Source: Clostridia bacterium
GTDB lineage: Bacteria; UBA6262; WVXT01
Assembly (NCBI GenBank): GCA_009619095.1
Contig: WJOT01000027.1
Span: 6,812 to 70,811 of the forward strand
DNA: 64,000 bases
Direction: 5' to 3'
Shown: in pieces, positions 20,520 through 30,486 of the stretch
Layout of the letters: every line of letters starts with the position of its first letter
How positions within the stretch are numbered: position 1 is the stretch's first letter
Notes under the pieces: generated by a model
Seen by the model: the letters and a program-made list of their open reading frames with translations, nothing else
What the model was told of the DNA's origin: nothing
Databases searched by the model: none
Translations under genes and position numbers: made by a program

Positions 20520-20680
20520 AAAAAAAGTCCCCGCTCTGCCGTGTGTCTGACTGTTTTAAAGCACCAACTTAAAGTGGGTATCCTGTTCTGATAACCACGA
20601 TTACCAGAAACTCCGGATTCCCTGATCTACACTTGTCGGCTTAAAATAGTCAACACATCACGAACATCGCAGGGACAATA
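20520..20680 (-). ncRNA. ssrS: Candidate 6S RNA
   Basis: Minus-strand RNA of about 160 nt directly downstream of zapA. The 5' arm GUCCCUGCGAUGUUCGUGAUGUGUUGAC pairs imperfectly with the 3' arm GUCAGACACACGGCAGAGCGGGGAC, and a U-run follows. The 3' bubble GCUUUAAAACAGUCAGACACA resembles E. coli 6S GCCUUAAAACUGCGACGACACA. In E. coli the order is zapA-ssrS-ygfA. Ends are approximate. Confidence 0.55.
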
Positions 20681-20711
20681 AAAGCCTGCTATATTTTAAA
20701 TAATATAGAAA

Positions 20712-21011
20712 CTATCTTTTTAATGCTTGATCGAGCAGCTCGATTAACTCTTCAGATCTTTTTGATATTTCCTGGCCACTGGTATCCTTGCTCTCTCTCA
20801 ATCTAAACAATTCATCAGCAATATTTAAAGCAGCTAAAACTGCTACTCGGCTTGTATCTACAATGTTTGATGTGTTAGCTATTCTGTTCATCTGTTCATC
20901 AACATGTTTTGCTAAAGCCGAAATGTACAAGGGGTCCCAATTACCCCCTTCAATTACGAATTCTCGGTTATATATCCTTATTGGAATCTTATCGCCATCT
21001 TTTTCAAGCAT
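20712..21011 (-). CDS. zapA: Cell division protein ZapA
   Basis: 99 aa; I.I..REF.I......DP.YI..LA..VDE.M........VD..RVAVLAALNIADELF is the ZapA pattern. Confidence 0.8.
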   Translation of the reverse strand: MLEKDGDKIPIRIYNREFVIEGGNWDPLYISALAKHVDEQMNRIANTSNIVDTSRVAVLAALNIADELFRLRESKDTSGQEISKRSEELIELLDQALKR

Positions 21012-21035
21012 AGAACCCTCTTCCCTATGCCAGGA

Positions 21036-21284
21036 CTATACTTTCATTTTATCTAACCGATCAAGCAGAATCCGGAGTCTTTCCCTAACTTCTTTTTTTT
21101 CCTTTCCCAGGTGTTCGACTTGTGTGACTATTTTCTTTGCTATTCTATTCTCTCCCTCCATAGATTTAATATCTTCTTTTTGCTTTTCAATCCTCTCCAG
21201 TAACTTTGCCCTTTCCTGTTTCAGCGAATCGACTAATAGAACAACCTCCTTTATCTTTTTCTTGACATTATTGTATTCTCTCAT
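21036..21284 (-). CDS. Small coiled-coil protein (ZapB-like by composition and position only)
   Basis: 82 aa, almost entirely heptad-like K/E/L-rich sequence, immediately upstream of zapA. Confidence 0.45.
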   Translation of the reverse strand: MREYNNVKKKIKEVVLLVDSLKQERAKLLERIEKQKEDIKSMEGENRIAKKIVTQVEHLGKEKKEVRERLRILLDRLDKMKV

Positions 21285-21308
21285 TTTCTTTTATTTCACA
21301 AGTGAATC

Positions 21309-23726
21309 TCATTTTCTCACTTTTACTTTTAAATCTCTTTCCAACTCTTCCACTATTCTCATATGTAAACTATTTACCTGTTCATCCCTCAAGGTCTTTT
21401 CCATGGATTGATAAATAATTTTACAGGCTAAGCCCCTCTTCCCCGGCTCAATCTGTTTACCAAAATAGACATCGAAAAGTTTTACGTCTTGAACGAGCTC
21501 ACCTCCAACCTTCTTAATTTTAACACAAATCTCTCCAAATGTCAAGCCCTGGGGAGCTACCAAAGCAATATCCCTGGAAACCCAGGGAAACCTCGACATT
21601 CTCTTATACTTTTTCTTAATCTCGATAAGTCTACACATTTTGTCAAAATCTAACTCAAAAATGTATACTTTATCTCTGAATTCCATTTTGCGGGAGACCT
21701 TATTAGCTAATTCGCCAAAATCTCCCAGATGTTCATTGTCTACCATTATCTTATTGGAAATTCCCTCTTCCAGAAGAAAATGGCTGCTTTTCTCTATCCC
21801 AGATTCTCCACGACGTTGAGGATAAATGCCCAGTTCTCCTAACAGGGAGTCCACAATCCCTTTAACATAGTAAAAATCGATAGCTTTTGAAGAGTCTTCC
21901 CAGTATCGCTCCTCCTGAGTACCAACCAGGACACCTGCCAAAATCCTTTTCTCTTCTGGTATGCCCTTTCCAGGAAAGAAGACCCGACCTATTTCGAATA
22001 TTTTCATATCAGGGACCCCATGGTTTAGATTCCATTTCAGGACCGATAGAAGACACGGGAGAAGGGAAGTGCGTAAAAGACTCTGTTCCCGAGATAAGGG
22101 ATTGGTAATCTCCACAGTTCCTTTAAGCCCTGTGGGGATAGCAATGTCCAGTTCATTATAATATTCTGGACTAACCAGAGAACGGCTGACAACTTCGCAT
22201 AATCCTAATCTGGTTAAAATCTCTCTTACAAAGTCTTCTAACATCAAAACTTTATCATCAACCGAATCACTGATCTCTATTTTCGGCATTCCTGAGGGAA
22301 TCTTATCATATCCATATAGTCGGGCAATCTCTTCTACCAGGTCGATGGGGCGAGAAATGTCGTTTCGATAGGAAGGCACTCTGACCCACAGGTGCTTCTC
22401 CCCCTCTTTCTGGGAAATGTTAAATCGCAGACGGGTCAAAATTTCACTCATTTCTTTGGGAGAAATATTAGAACCCAAGATATGGTTGGTCTCTTCCGGA
22501 GAAAACTCTATTTCTACTGGAGAGAAAGGCTGAGGGTAGACATCGATTACTCCAGAAGCAACTTTTCCTCCGGCGAGTTCCTGGATTAACTGGCAAGCTC
22601 GATTGGAGGCGATAAGGACATTTTCCACATCAACACCACGTTCAAAACGATAAGACGATTCTGTATCAATCCCCAACTGCCGGGCTGTACTTCTTACTAC
22701 TTGAGGAACAAAATAAGCGCTTTCCAAAAGCACATTTCTGGTAGATTGGTCAACACTGGTCTCTACCCCTCCTATTATTCCCGCTAAAGCAATCGGGCGC
22801 TTGGCATCAGCAATAAGTAAATTCTTTTCTGTCAATTTTCTCTGTTCATTATCCAAAGTCAACAGCTTCTCGCCAGGAGTAGCAAAACGCACAAGAATTT
22901 TATGCTCACACAATTTATCATAATCGAAGGCGTGAAGAGGATGGCCAAGTTCAATTAGCACATAATTGGTAACATCCACTACATTATTAATCGGTCTAAG
23001 CCCTACTGTCTCCAATTTCTTGACTAACCAAGAAGGGGAAGGACCCACCTTCAACTCTCGAATAATTCTGGCGGTATAACGCCTACATGCTTGGGGATGG
23101 AGAATCTCCGTTTTCGCTAAATCGAATACAGAAATTCCGTTTTCCTTTAATTCAATCCTGGGTGGCTTTAAATTCCCACCCAAAATAGCGGAAACCTCAC
23201 GAGCTATCCCAAATATACTGGCACAATCGGAGCGATTGGTAGTCAGTTCTACCTCCAGCACTATTTCTTCCAACGTTAACGTCTTCTTAATATCCTCACC
23301 CAGTTTACAACCAGGGGGAAGAATATGAATGCCACTGGCATCTTCTCCAACCCCCAATTCTTTCTCAGAACAGAGCATTCCGTAAGAAGTCTGCCCTTTT
23401 ATTTTCGCCTTACTTATTCTTCTCCCACCAGGAAGTTTAGCTCCCACCCTGGCAAGAGGAACTAAATTCTTAACCTTTATGTTCCTTGCTCCACAAACTA
23501 TAGAAAAAATCTGCTTCCCATCGGAAACTTGACAGAGGCTTAATTTATCTGCCTGGGGAAGAGGCTTCAGGGAAAGGATTTCACCAACCACCACGTTCTC
23601 CACCTCTGACCCCAAATAGAGAATATTGCTCACTTCCAGACCTGCCATGGTGAGACATTTAGCCAGTTCTGGAGGAGACAGGGAAAAATCTACATACTCC
23701 TTTAACCAATTATAAGAAATTCTCAT
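21309..23726 (-). CDS. pheT: Phenylalanine--tRNA ligase beta subunit
   Basis: 805 aa; starts MRISYNWLKEYVD; tRNA-binding, B3/4, B5 and FDX-ACB domains in order. No pheS is adjacent. Confidence 0.97.
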   Translation of the reverse strand: MRISYNWLKEYVDFSLSPPELAKCLTMAGLEVSNILYLGSEVENVVVGEILSLKPLPQADKLSLCQVSDGKQIFSIVCGARNIKVKNLVPLARVGAKLPGGRRISKAKIKGQTSYGMLCSEKELGVGEDASGIHILPPGCKLGEDIKKTLTLEEIVLEVELTTNRSDCASIFGIAREVSAILGGNLKPPRIELKENGISVFDLAKTEILHPQACRRYTARIIRELKVGPSPSWLVKKLETVGLRPINNVVDVTNYVLIELGHPLHAFDYDKLCEHKILVRFATPGEKLLTLDNEQRKLTEKNLLIADAKRPIALAGIIGGVETSVDQSTRNVLLESAYFVPQVVRSTARQLGIDTESSYRFERGVDVENVLIASNRACQLIQELAGGKVASGVIDVYPQPFSPVEIEFSPEETNHILGSNISPKEMSEILTRLRFNISQKEGEKHLWVRVPSYRNDISRPIDLVEEIARLYGYDKIPSGMPKIEISDSVDDKVLMLEDFVREILTRLGLCEVVSRSLVSPEYYNELDIAIPTGLKGTVEITNPLSREQSLLRTSLLPCLLSVLKWNLNHGVPDMKIFEIGRVFFPGKGIPEEKRILAGVLVGTQEERYWEDSSKAIDFYYVKGIVDSLLGELGIYPQRRGESGIEKSSHFLLEEGISNKIMVDNEHLGDFGELANKVSRKMEFRDKVYIFELDFDKMCRLIEIKKKYKRMSRFPWVSRDIALVAPQGLTFGEICVKIKKVGGELVQDVKLFDVYFGKQIEPGKRGLACKIIYQSMEKTLRDEQVNSLHMRIVEELERDLKVKVRK

Positions 23727-23795
23727 TTTTCTTCATTCCTGCGAGGGATTTGATTGCTGTAGCAGCCAAGCGTAACCTTTGATTCAATTCTTCTT

Positions 23796-24124
23796 AAAAA
23801 ATAGTTTGTGAAGAGTATTTGGAATTTTAGCCAAAAAACGAGGACAAGTGTTCCTCAAAGGAACACTTCCATAGGGGTTTCACCCCTCTGGCGTTCACCC
23901 CGATTCCATCGGGGTTCTCTGTCACCCCTTGGGGGAAATCAGATTATTTCCCCCAAACCCCCTAATCCGCATCCCGATTGAAAATTGGGATGCTTCACTT
24001 ATCTTCTTTCAAGCAAAAATTTGTCCGAGTCCCGCTGTGCGGGAGGAGTTTATTTTTGTGCCCCGCAGAGTCCGAAGTTTTTTGGCGTTAAGAAATTCCC
24101 AAACGATGAACAAATTATTTTTTA
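23796..24124. mobile_element. MITE copy 1 (329 bp) carrying a nested 150-bp GC-rich scaffold element
   Basis: Ends TAAAAAATAGTTTGT ... ACAAATTATTTTTTA (inverted), extending to imperfect subterminal IRs of about 50 bp (..ggaattttagccaaaaaacgaggac / gtccgaagttttttggcgttaagaaattcc..). Collinear with 27199-27376 except for an insertion at 23847-23996. Confidence 0.65.
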
Positions 24125-24130
24125 ATATCC

Positions 24131-25156
24131 CTATTTAAAAAGGGTATGGGCGAAGTCGATCCATTCAGGGGAAACAGTCTTTAACTTACCCACAGCTTCT
24201 TCTAAACTAACCCCCATCATCTCTGTTCCCCGTAAGGAGACCATCTGACCAAACTTTCCTTCTTTAATCAGTTCCACTGCTTTTACACCAGCCCTCACTC
24301 CCAGCATTCGGTCGAATAGAGTGGGAGCTCCTCCCCTCTGCATATGACCGATAACGCTCACCCTGGTATCAACTCCCAGTCTATCCCTTATAACTCTAGC
24401 AATACCTTCTCCCATCCCTCTCTCTTTCAAAAGCATATGGCCAAACTGATCCAGTTTTTCTTTACTTATTTTCTCTCCGGGAACTTCGATACCTTCAGAA
24501 ACTACTACTGTGGCTATCTTTTTCCTTTCATAAACTCTTTTCAAATGTTTGCACATCGAATCTATATCCGCTTTTTCCTCAGGAAGCAGAACCCAGTCTG
24601 CACCACCGCCAATGGCTGTAAACAGCGCCACCCAGCCAGCGTGCCTGCCCATTACCTCTAAAACCATAATCCTTCTATGTGATTTTCCAGTATTTTTTAA
24701 AACTTCCAAAGCATTCATCGCCAGAGTAACCGAGGTATCGAAACCAAAAGTGTAATCTGTGGATGAAAGGTCATTGTCCATAGTTTTTGGGACACCAACA
24801 ACTTTCATCTTGTGTTCCTTATATAGTTTATTGGCTATTCCTAAAGTATCTTCGCCACCCATAGCAACTATTGCCTCAATCTTAAGTTTTCTTATATTCT
24901 GCAAACATCTTTCCACGCCCTTCTCTACCTTATAGGGACTGGTCCGGGAAGTGCCCAGTATTGTCCCTCCTTTATTCATTAAATCTTCCACTTGGGAAAT
25001 TCCCAGGGACTCAGTCAAACCCTCAATCAATCCCTTCCAGCCCTCATTAATTCCCACTACTTCCCAGCCAAAATCCATTGCCCGCAACACACATCCACGA
25101 ATTGCCGGATTTAAACCTGGCACATCTCCTCCACCATTCAATACTCCAATTCTCAT
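24131..25156 (-). CDS. 6-phosphofructokinase, PPi-dependent-type signature
   Basis: 341 aa PFK fold; GGEDT in place of GGDGS, and PKTMDND (Lys) in place of PGTIDND. These are the residues classically correlated with PPi use. Confidence 0.8.
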   Translation of the reverse strand: MRIGVLNGGGDVPGLNPAIRGCVLRAMDFGWEVVGINEGWKGLIEGLTESLGISQVEDLMNKGGTILGTSRTSPYKVEKGVERCLQNIRKLKIEAIVAMGGEDTLGIANKLYKEHKMKVVGVPKTMDNDLSSTDYTFGFDTSVTLAMNALEVLKNTGKSHRRIMVLEVMGRHAGWVALFTAIGGGADWVLLPEEKADIDSMCKHLKRVYERKKIATVVVSEGIEVPGEKISKEKLDQFGHMLLKERGMGEGIARVIRDRLGVDTRVSVIGHMQRGGAPTLFDRMLGVRAGVKAVELIKEGKFGQMVSLRGTEMMGVSLEEAVGKLKTVSPEWIDFAHTLFK

Positions 25157-25207
25157 GGTAATTCTTACTCTACCTCCTTTATCCTTCTGTCCTCTTCTTG
25201 AACATTT

Positions 25208-26170
25208 CTAAATTGCCAGTATATGAGCCAACCTGTAAAGATTCTTATCTATCTCTTTTCTATGTTTTGTTGAATAGCCCAAAGGCAGAACTACAACCTT
25301 TCCTTCCTTCCATCCCACCATCTTGGCCGATTTCGTTCTCATCAAAACCTTCACTGCCTGATGTCCAAAAAGATTGGCTAAATTTACGCTGCGGGCAGTG
25401 GGGGAACCACCACGTTGAATATAACCAATAACGCTTACTCTGACTTCATAGCCTGTAACATCTCTTATTTGATGAGCTATGGCATAGGAAGCTCCTGCTC
25501 CTTCAGCCATAACAATAATACTACTCTTCTTACCACTCTTTCTGCCCTTTTCCAATTCCTGAGAGATTTTACTGAGATTATATTTTATTTCGGGCACTAA
25601 AATTATCTCAGCCCCGCAAGCCAATCCCACCGCCAGGGAAATAAACCCCCTCTCTCTTCCCATCACCTCGATGATAAAGATCCTCTCGTGAGAAGAAGCG
25701 GTATCCCGAATTTTCTGAATAGAGTCTAAGGCTGTGTTCACCGCTGTATCGAAACCTATGGTATCTTCTGTGCCGGCGATATCATTGTCAATACTTGCTG
25801 GTATACCAACAAGAGGTATTCTACTTGCCCGATAGATTTCTATCCCCCCTTTAAAAGAACCTTCTCCTCCAATGGTAATCAAACCGTCAATCCTGTTCCT
25901 TTTTAAAACCCTTGTTGCTTTCTCTATCCCTTTTTTAGTCTTTATCTCTTCGCACCTTTTCGTCTTCAATATCGTTCCGCCCCAGCTGATAATTCCGCTA
26001 ACCGATCTCAAATCCATTCTTCTCTTTTTATCTTCAATCAATCCCCAATACCCTTCTTCAATTCCCACCACCTCTAAGCCATAATAGATCGCTGAGCGAA
26101 CTATTGCTCTAAGACAAGCATTCATTCCCGGGGCATCGCCACCAGCAGTGGTAACAGCAATCCTTCTCAT
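25208..26170 (-). CDS. pfkA: ATP-dependent 6-phosphofructokinase
   Basis: 320 aa; [33 protein letters not shown]. Confidence 0.85.
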   Translation of the reverse strand: MRRIAVTTAGGDAPGMNACLRAIVRSAIYYGLEVVGIEEGYWGLIEDKKRRMDLRSVSGIISWGGTILKTKRCEEIKTKKGIEKATRVLKRNRIDGLITIGGEGSFKGGIEIYRASRIPLVGIPASIDNDIAGTEDTIGFDTAVNTALDSIQKIRDTASSHERIFIIEVMGRERGFISLAVGLACGAEIILVPEIKYNLSKISQELEKGRKSGKKSSIIVMAEGAGASYAIAHQIRDVTGYEVRVSVIGYIQRGGSPTARSVNLANLFGHQAVKVLMRTKSAKMVGWKEGKVVVLPLGYSTKHRKEIDKNLYRLAHILAI

Positions 26171-27192
26171 TTTTTCTCTTTTTTTATTTCAGTTTTTTCT
26201 TTTCTTCTCGGTTGTACTTCTATAAATTCGCCCAGCAGGCGAAACTTCTGGTACCTTTTTCTTAACAGTTCCTCTACGGGCAAGTTTTTTAATTCGTTCA
26301 GGTATCTCTTTATCTTTTTTTCCAAGTGCCTCCCTACAAATTCTATATCCCGATGGACGCCACCCAGAGGCTCATCAATAATTTCATCAATCACCTTTAA
26401 CCCCAATAAATCTTGAGCGGTCAACTTTAGTGCCTTAGCAGCCTCCGGAGCCTTCGCTACATCCCTCCACAGAATAGAAGCGCAACCTTCAGGAGAGATA
26501 ACCGAATAGATAGCATTCTCCAACATCAGGACTTTATCGCCAACGCCGATTCCCAGCGCTCCCCCACTACCACCTTCTCCCACGACCACAACGATAATGG
26601 GAACTTCCAATTCTGACATGGCTTTCAAATTTCGGGCAATTGCTTCGGCTTGCCCTCTCTCTTCTGCCCCGATTCCTGGGTAGGCTCCGGGAGTATCTAT
26701 GAAACTAATAATAGGAATTGAAAATTTCTCAGCCAGTTTCATTATCCTCAACGCCTTGCGATATCCTTCCGGATGGGCCATCCCGAAATTTCTCACCATG
26801 TTCTCCTGGAGCGTTCGGCCTTTCTGATGACCAATAATTACAACCGTTTCTTCCTTAAATTTAGCCATTCCCGTCACCATGGCTGGGTCATCGGCAAAAC
26901 CTCTGTCTCCCTGAAGTTCTACAAAATCACTCATAAGGAGATTTATATAGTCTAAAGTATAGGGGCGTTGAGGATGGCGAGCCAGTTGAACCTTTTGCCA
27001 GGGAGTGAGATTCCCGAAAATTTCCTTCTTAAGTTTCTCGCATTTTTTCTCCAGACTGGCTATCTCCTGAGAAAAATCGACTTTTTCGTTAACGTCAAGA
27101 TTTTTCAGTTCTTCAATTTTCTTTTCCAGTTGTACAACCGGTCTTTCAAAATCTAATCCTTCAACTTCAACCAATACATCCTCCCTTACCAC
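26167..27192 (-). CDS. accA: Acetyl-CoA carboxylase carboxyltransferase subunit alpha
   Basis: 341 aa; ..[22 protein letters not shown]......V.IGHQKGR....N...NFGM..PEGYRKA.R.M..AE.F..P...FIDTPGA.PG..AEERGQ.EAIA. Confidence 0.95.
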   Translation of the reverse strand: MVREDVLVEVEGLDFERPVVQLEKKIEELKNLDVNEKVDFSQEIASLEKKCEKLKKEIFGNLTPWQKVQLARHPQRPYTLDYINLLMSDFVELQGDRGFADDPAMVTGMAKFKEETVVIIGHQKGRTLQENMVRNFGMAHPEGYRKALRIMKLAEKFSIPIISFIDTPGAYPGIGAEERGQAEAIARNLKAMSELEVPIIVVVVGEGGSGGALGIGVGDKVLMLENAIYSVISPEGCASILWRDVAKAPEAAKALKLTAQDLLGLKVIDEIIDEPLGGVHRDIEFVGRHLEKKIKRYLNELKNLPVEELLRKRYQKFRLLGEFIEVQPRRKEKTEIKKEKK

Positions 27193-27198
27193 AACATT

Positions 27199-27376
27199 TA
27201 AAAGATAGTCTGTGAAGAGCTATTGGAATTTTAGCCAAAAAACGAGGACGGCTCATCTTTTTTCAAGCAAATCACTGTCTGACGAGCGAAGCGAGGAGTT
27301 TTGATTTGCGCCTTGCAGAGTCCGAAGTTTTTTGACGTCAAGAAATTCCTCCTAGCGATGAACAGACTATCTTTTA
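27199..27376. mobile_element. MITE copy 2 (178 bp)
   Basis: Perfect 15-bp terminal inverted repeat TAAAAGATAGTCTGT (27199-27213) / ACAGACTATCTTTTA (27362-27376). Subterminal sequence is shared with 23796-24124. Confidence 0.7.
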
Positions 27377-27378
27377 AT

Positions 27379-28104
27379 CTAAAATCCACTCATATATCCG
27401 ATGCGAAAGATGCGGTCAGATTCATGGGCAATATCTCTTCCGTCTATTTCAACGTTTAAGTTTGGCGTGATGAAATAACGTATGCCTATATTTATCCTAA
27501 CCTGCTTTCCGCCACCCAAATTATCGAATTCCAACATGGGGATTACATTCTCATACACTTTAGAAAATAGGCTAATGAATCCTCTAACCCTGAATCTATC
27601 AAAATCGTAACCATTAACCCCGGTACAAACTTCCAATCCCGGAATAAAATTCTCTTTGCAGACAACTATAAAGAAACCTTTTTCTCTCTGCTCATACTTT
27701 CCGTCACTATATTCTCCATAACCTTGATCATCGTAACCAACGCTAATTGCTGGGAAGTACTCGGCTCCACCGAAGAGGTAAAGTTTTACAAAGAGTCGAG
27801 GACGCCTGAGCTTGACATTATCATTCCCTATGATATTTTCAGTATCAAGATAAACTCCCAGGTTCATATGCTCCAATACTCCAAAGAATAGACCCACCAG
27901 AAGTCCACTGTTACTACTGCCTCCCCTGCTTTCCAAGCTATAGAAGCGGAAATTTACATTATATCCCCCCTGTTCAGTAATTTGAGGAGTGGGGGTATCG
28001 ATCAAATCAACTACTTCCCCTGCAGATAAGACAGAATAAATGCCTGAAAAATAAGTAATAACCAATCCTACCAATAACATTAATGGAAAGGGCTTTTTTT
28101 TCAT
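27379..28104 (-). CDS. Predicted outer-membrane beta-barrel protein (function unknown)
   Basis: Signal peptide (MKKKPFPLMLLVGLVITYFSGIYSVLSA), alternating beta-strand pattern, C-terminal ..RIGYMSGF ending in Phe (OMP beta-signal). Confidence 0.6.
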   Translation of the reverse strand: MKKKPFPLMLLVGLVITYFSGIYSVLSAGEVVDLIDTPTPQITEQGGYNVNFRFYSLESRGGSSNSGLLVGLFFGVLEHMNLGVYLDTENIIGNDNVKLRRPRLFVKLYLFGGAEYFPAISVGYDDQGYGEYSDGKYEQREKGFFIVVCKENFIPGLEVCTGVNGYDFDRFRVRGFISLFSKVYENVIPMLEFDNLGGGKQVRINIGIRYFITPNLNVEIDGRDIAHESDRIFRIGYMSGF

Positions 28105-28182
28105 TTTCCTCTCCTTTGTAAATTACTTTTCATCACAATTTCCGTCGTTCAATTATATGTTCATCATCCTAACAGATTTCAT

Positions 28183-30483
28183 TTATCTTGTCAAGTTATC
28201 CTCTTTCGACTCCCCTTTAAACCTGGACTTTGTCTCTTTTAACTTCCTCGCGGCCAATTCGTTTCCAGGAGCAACTTTCAAAACTTTTTGGAATTCTTCT
28301 CTTGCCAGATTGACCTTTTTCAATTCCAGATAGGCAAGACCAAGGTTATTATGAGCCCCAATATTGAATGTGGGAGAGAGTTTGATTGTCTTCTCATATT
28401 GATTGATTGCTTCTTTCATCTTACCCTGGCTAAAATATATATTACCCAAATAGAGGTTTGCTTTTATGTTTCCAGGAACAAGCTTTACAATCTTCCCGTA
28501 AGTCTCTTCTGCTTTATCCCAATCTCTATTGTTTACATATTTTTCCCCCTTCTCAAATAGAAGGTTGATTTCCTGAGTTGGTGCAGGAATAGGGGGTTTC
28601 TTTCCCATCTGTGCCTGGACATAGGAAAGATTCGCCTTAACTTTCGAATTTTCGGGCTCAAGCTCTAATATCTCTCGATATTGGTTAGCAGCTTTCTCCC
28701 ATTCCTTTCTTCCAATATGCACCTGTGCAAGGTAAGAGCGGGTAGGGACGGAGAGAGGATTTATCTCAATCGATTTACTTAGAGCTTCCATAGCCTCTGG
28801 TATTCTCTTGGTCTGTCCATACATAATTCCTAAATTTGAATATATCTCGTCGTAACCAGGGTTTGCTTCTATTGCTTTAAGGTAAGCCCAAATAGCTTTC
28901 TCCTTCTCACCTAAGCGAGCATAAACGTTTCCCAGTTCATAGTTATTGTCCACATTTAGAGGATAAATCTTATAGGATAGCTCGCACTCCCTAACTGCGT
29001 TTCCCAGCGTAGCGTTATTTTTTGCATACTTAAAGCCCTTAAAATAATGAATTTCCCCTCGGAAATATCTGAGATTAAACAGAACAATTCCCAAAATAAT
29101 TATTCCCAATGGGTAAACAAGGAATTTTTTAATGGGAATCTTACGTTCTGACACCTTCCATCTCTGGCATATTCCCACTACCAATCCCATCCATATCCAG
29201 AAGAAAAGGGCAGGCATTGGAAAATGTAAGGAAACGTTCAACAAATTGTCAATGAGCATTCCCAAAATGCTTGCCAAAAGCCCCAAAGCAACAATCTTAT
29301 CATATTCACCAGTAAGCTTTCTGTAACTATCTATTCCCATTTTAAAAAAGAGGATAAATAACCAAATATATATTCCCAAACCCACAATCCCCGTCTGGGA
29401 AACTATCTCTAATATCTCATTATGAGTATTGTTGGCATGAGTGCGAAAAGGAGAATACTTCTTTATCTTCAGAAATTTCCCTTGATGAAATGGATAGATA
29501 ATCTCGAAATTTCCCCAGCCATGGCCTAAAAGTGGACTTTCCTTAAACATAGAATAGGCCGCTTGCCAGATTAAGAATCTTTGAACATAGGCCATCTGCC
29601 TAAAATCGGCAATGCTCTTAACCTTCTCCATAACAAGCTTCACAACCATAACTTTCTTTTCCCTTTGCTCACCGACCCTTACAGGATAGAGCATCATCAG
29701 AAACAGAACACCTGCCAGAAAGATTAACCATTTTCTATTCCTGGAAATTAGAGAACCCTGGTGGAAAATGAGATAGAAGGCAAGGAAAATCAAAGCCACA
29801 AAAAGTCCCAGCCAGGCACTGCGAGTGCGGGTTACCAGGAGTCCAAAGAAGTTAACTCCGAAAAGTCCGCCTAAAAAGAGCTTCTTTATGAGAGCCTTTT
29901 CATAAACAGCCAGAACCGCTATTACAGGCAAGATTAGAATCAAAAAACTTGCCAGGAAATTGGGGTTGCCAAAAGTGGAGACGCTGCGAGTGCCAAAGGG
30001 ATCTAGCTTCCTTGGCCATATGGGTTCAATCCCTCCATACTGAAGTAAAGCATACAAAGAGACAAGCGTTCCCACGGCAAAGGCAATATATAGTAACCTT
30101 TTAAGATTTCTTTCATCGTGAAGGAGGTAGACAGTTATGTAAAAGACCGCTATGCAATTGAGAAACAAAAATAGCAGCCTTCTTCCACTGAAAGAAAGGA
30201 TAGCCAGTTTAAATTCCGGATGGATATAGAACGAATAAGCAACTGAGAGAAGGGAGACCAAAAAGAAGAGGAAAAGGGGTTTGTCGAGGTATGTTCTGGG
30301 CAAAATAATCTGACGCTTAAGATTGCTTTTTATCAGCCAGATAGCTAAAATTACAGATAGACCAATCCCAAGCACCACGTTTTGAATTACATAAGGATTG
30401 CGCGTAGTATCGGTAAGAAAGATTAAGGGACAAATTAAAAGGATAAGAAAAAAAATATATCTTATTATGCGTTCGAAATCCAT
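28183..30483 (-). CDS. O-antigen ligase-like (Wzy_C) polytopic membrane domain fused to C-terminal TPR repeats
   Basis: 766 aa; about 10 TM helices including ..TRTRSAWLG.. and ..H.HN..LE.....G..G, then multiple TPR units (AIWAYLKAIEANPGY...). Paralog of 32194..34728. Confidence 0.8.
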   Translation of the reverse strand: MDFERIIRYIFFLILLICPLIFLTDTTRNPYVIQNVVLGIGLSVILAIWLIKSNLKRQIILPRTYLDKPLFLFFLVSLLSVAYSFYIHPEFKLAILSFSGRRLLFLFLNCIAVFYITVYLLHDERNLKRLLYIAFAVGTLVSLYALLQYGGIEPIWPRKLDPFGTRSVSTFGNPNFLASFLILILPVIAVLAVYEKALIKKLFLGGLFGVNFFGLLVTRTRSAWLGLFVALIFLAFYLIFHQGSLISRNRKWLIFLAGVLFLMMLYPVRVGEQREKKVMVVKLVMEKVKSIADFRQMAYVQRFLIWQAAYSMFKESPLLGHGWGNFEIIYPFHQGKFLKIKKYSPFRTHANNTHNEILEIVSQTGIVGLGIYIWLFILFFKMGIDSYRKLTGEYDKIVALGLLASILGMLIDNLLNVSLHFPMPALFFWIWMGLVVGICQRWKVSERKIPIKKFLVYPLGIIILGIVLFNLRYFRGEIHYFKGFKYAKNNATLGNAVRECELSYKIYPLNVDNNYELGNVYARLGEKEKAIWAYLKAIEANPGYDEIYSNLGIMYGQTKRIPEAMEALSKSIEINPLSVPTRSYLAQVHIGRKEWEKAANQYREILELEPENSKVKANLSYVQAQMGKKPPIPAPTQEINLLFEKGEKYVNNRDWDKAEETYGKIVKLVPGNIKANLYLGNIYFSQGKMKEAINQYEKTIKLSPTFNIGAHNNLGLAYLELKKVNLAREEFQKVLKVAPGNELAARKLKETKSRFKGESKEDNLTR

Positions 30484-30486
30484 TTC

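Noticed and set aside
20788-21411. 207-aa plus-strand ORF across zapA and the coiled-coil gene
   Set aside because: It is antisense to two genes with clear protein signatures. Its Ser/Phe/Leu-rich low-complexity product is the complement of K/E-rich coiled-coil codons.
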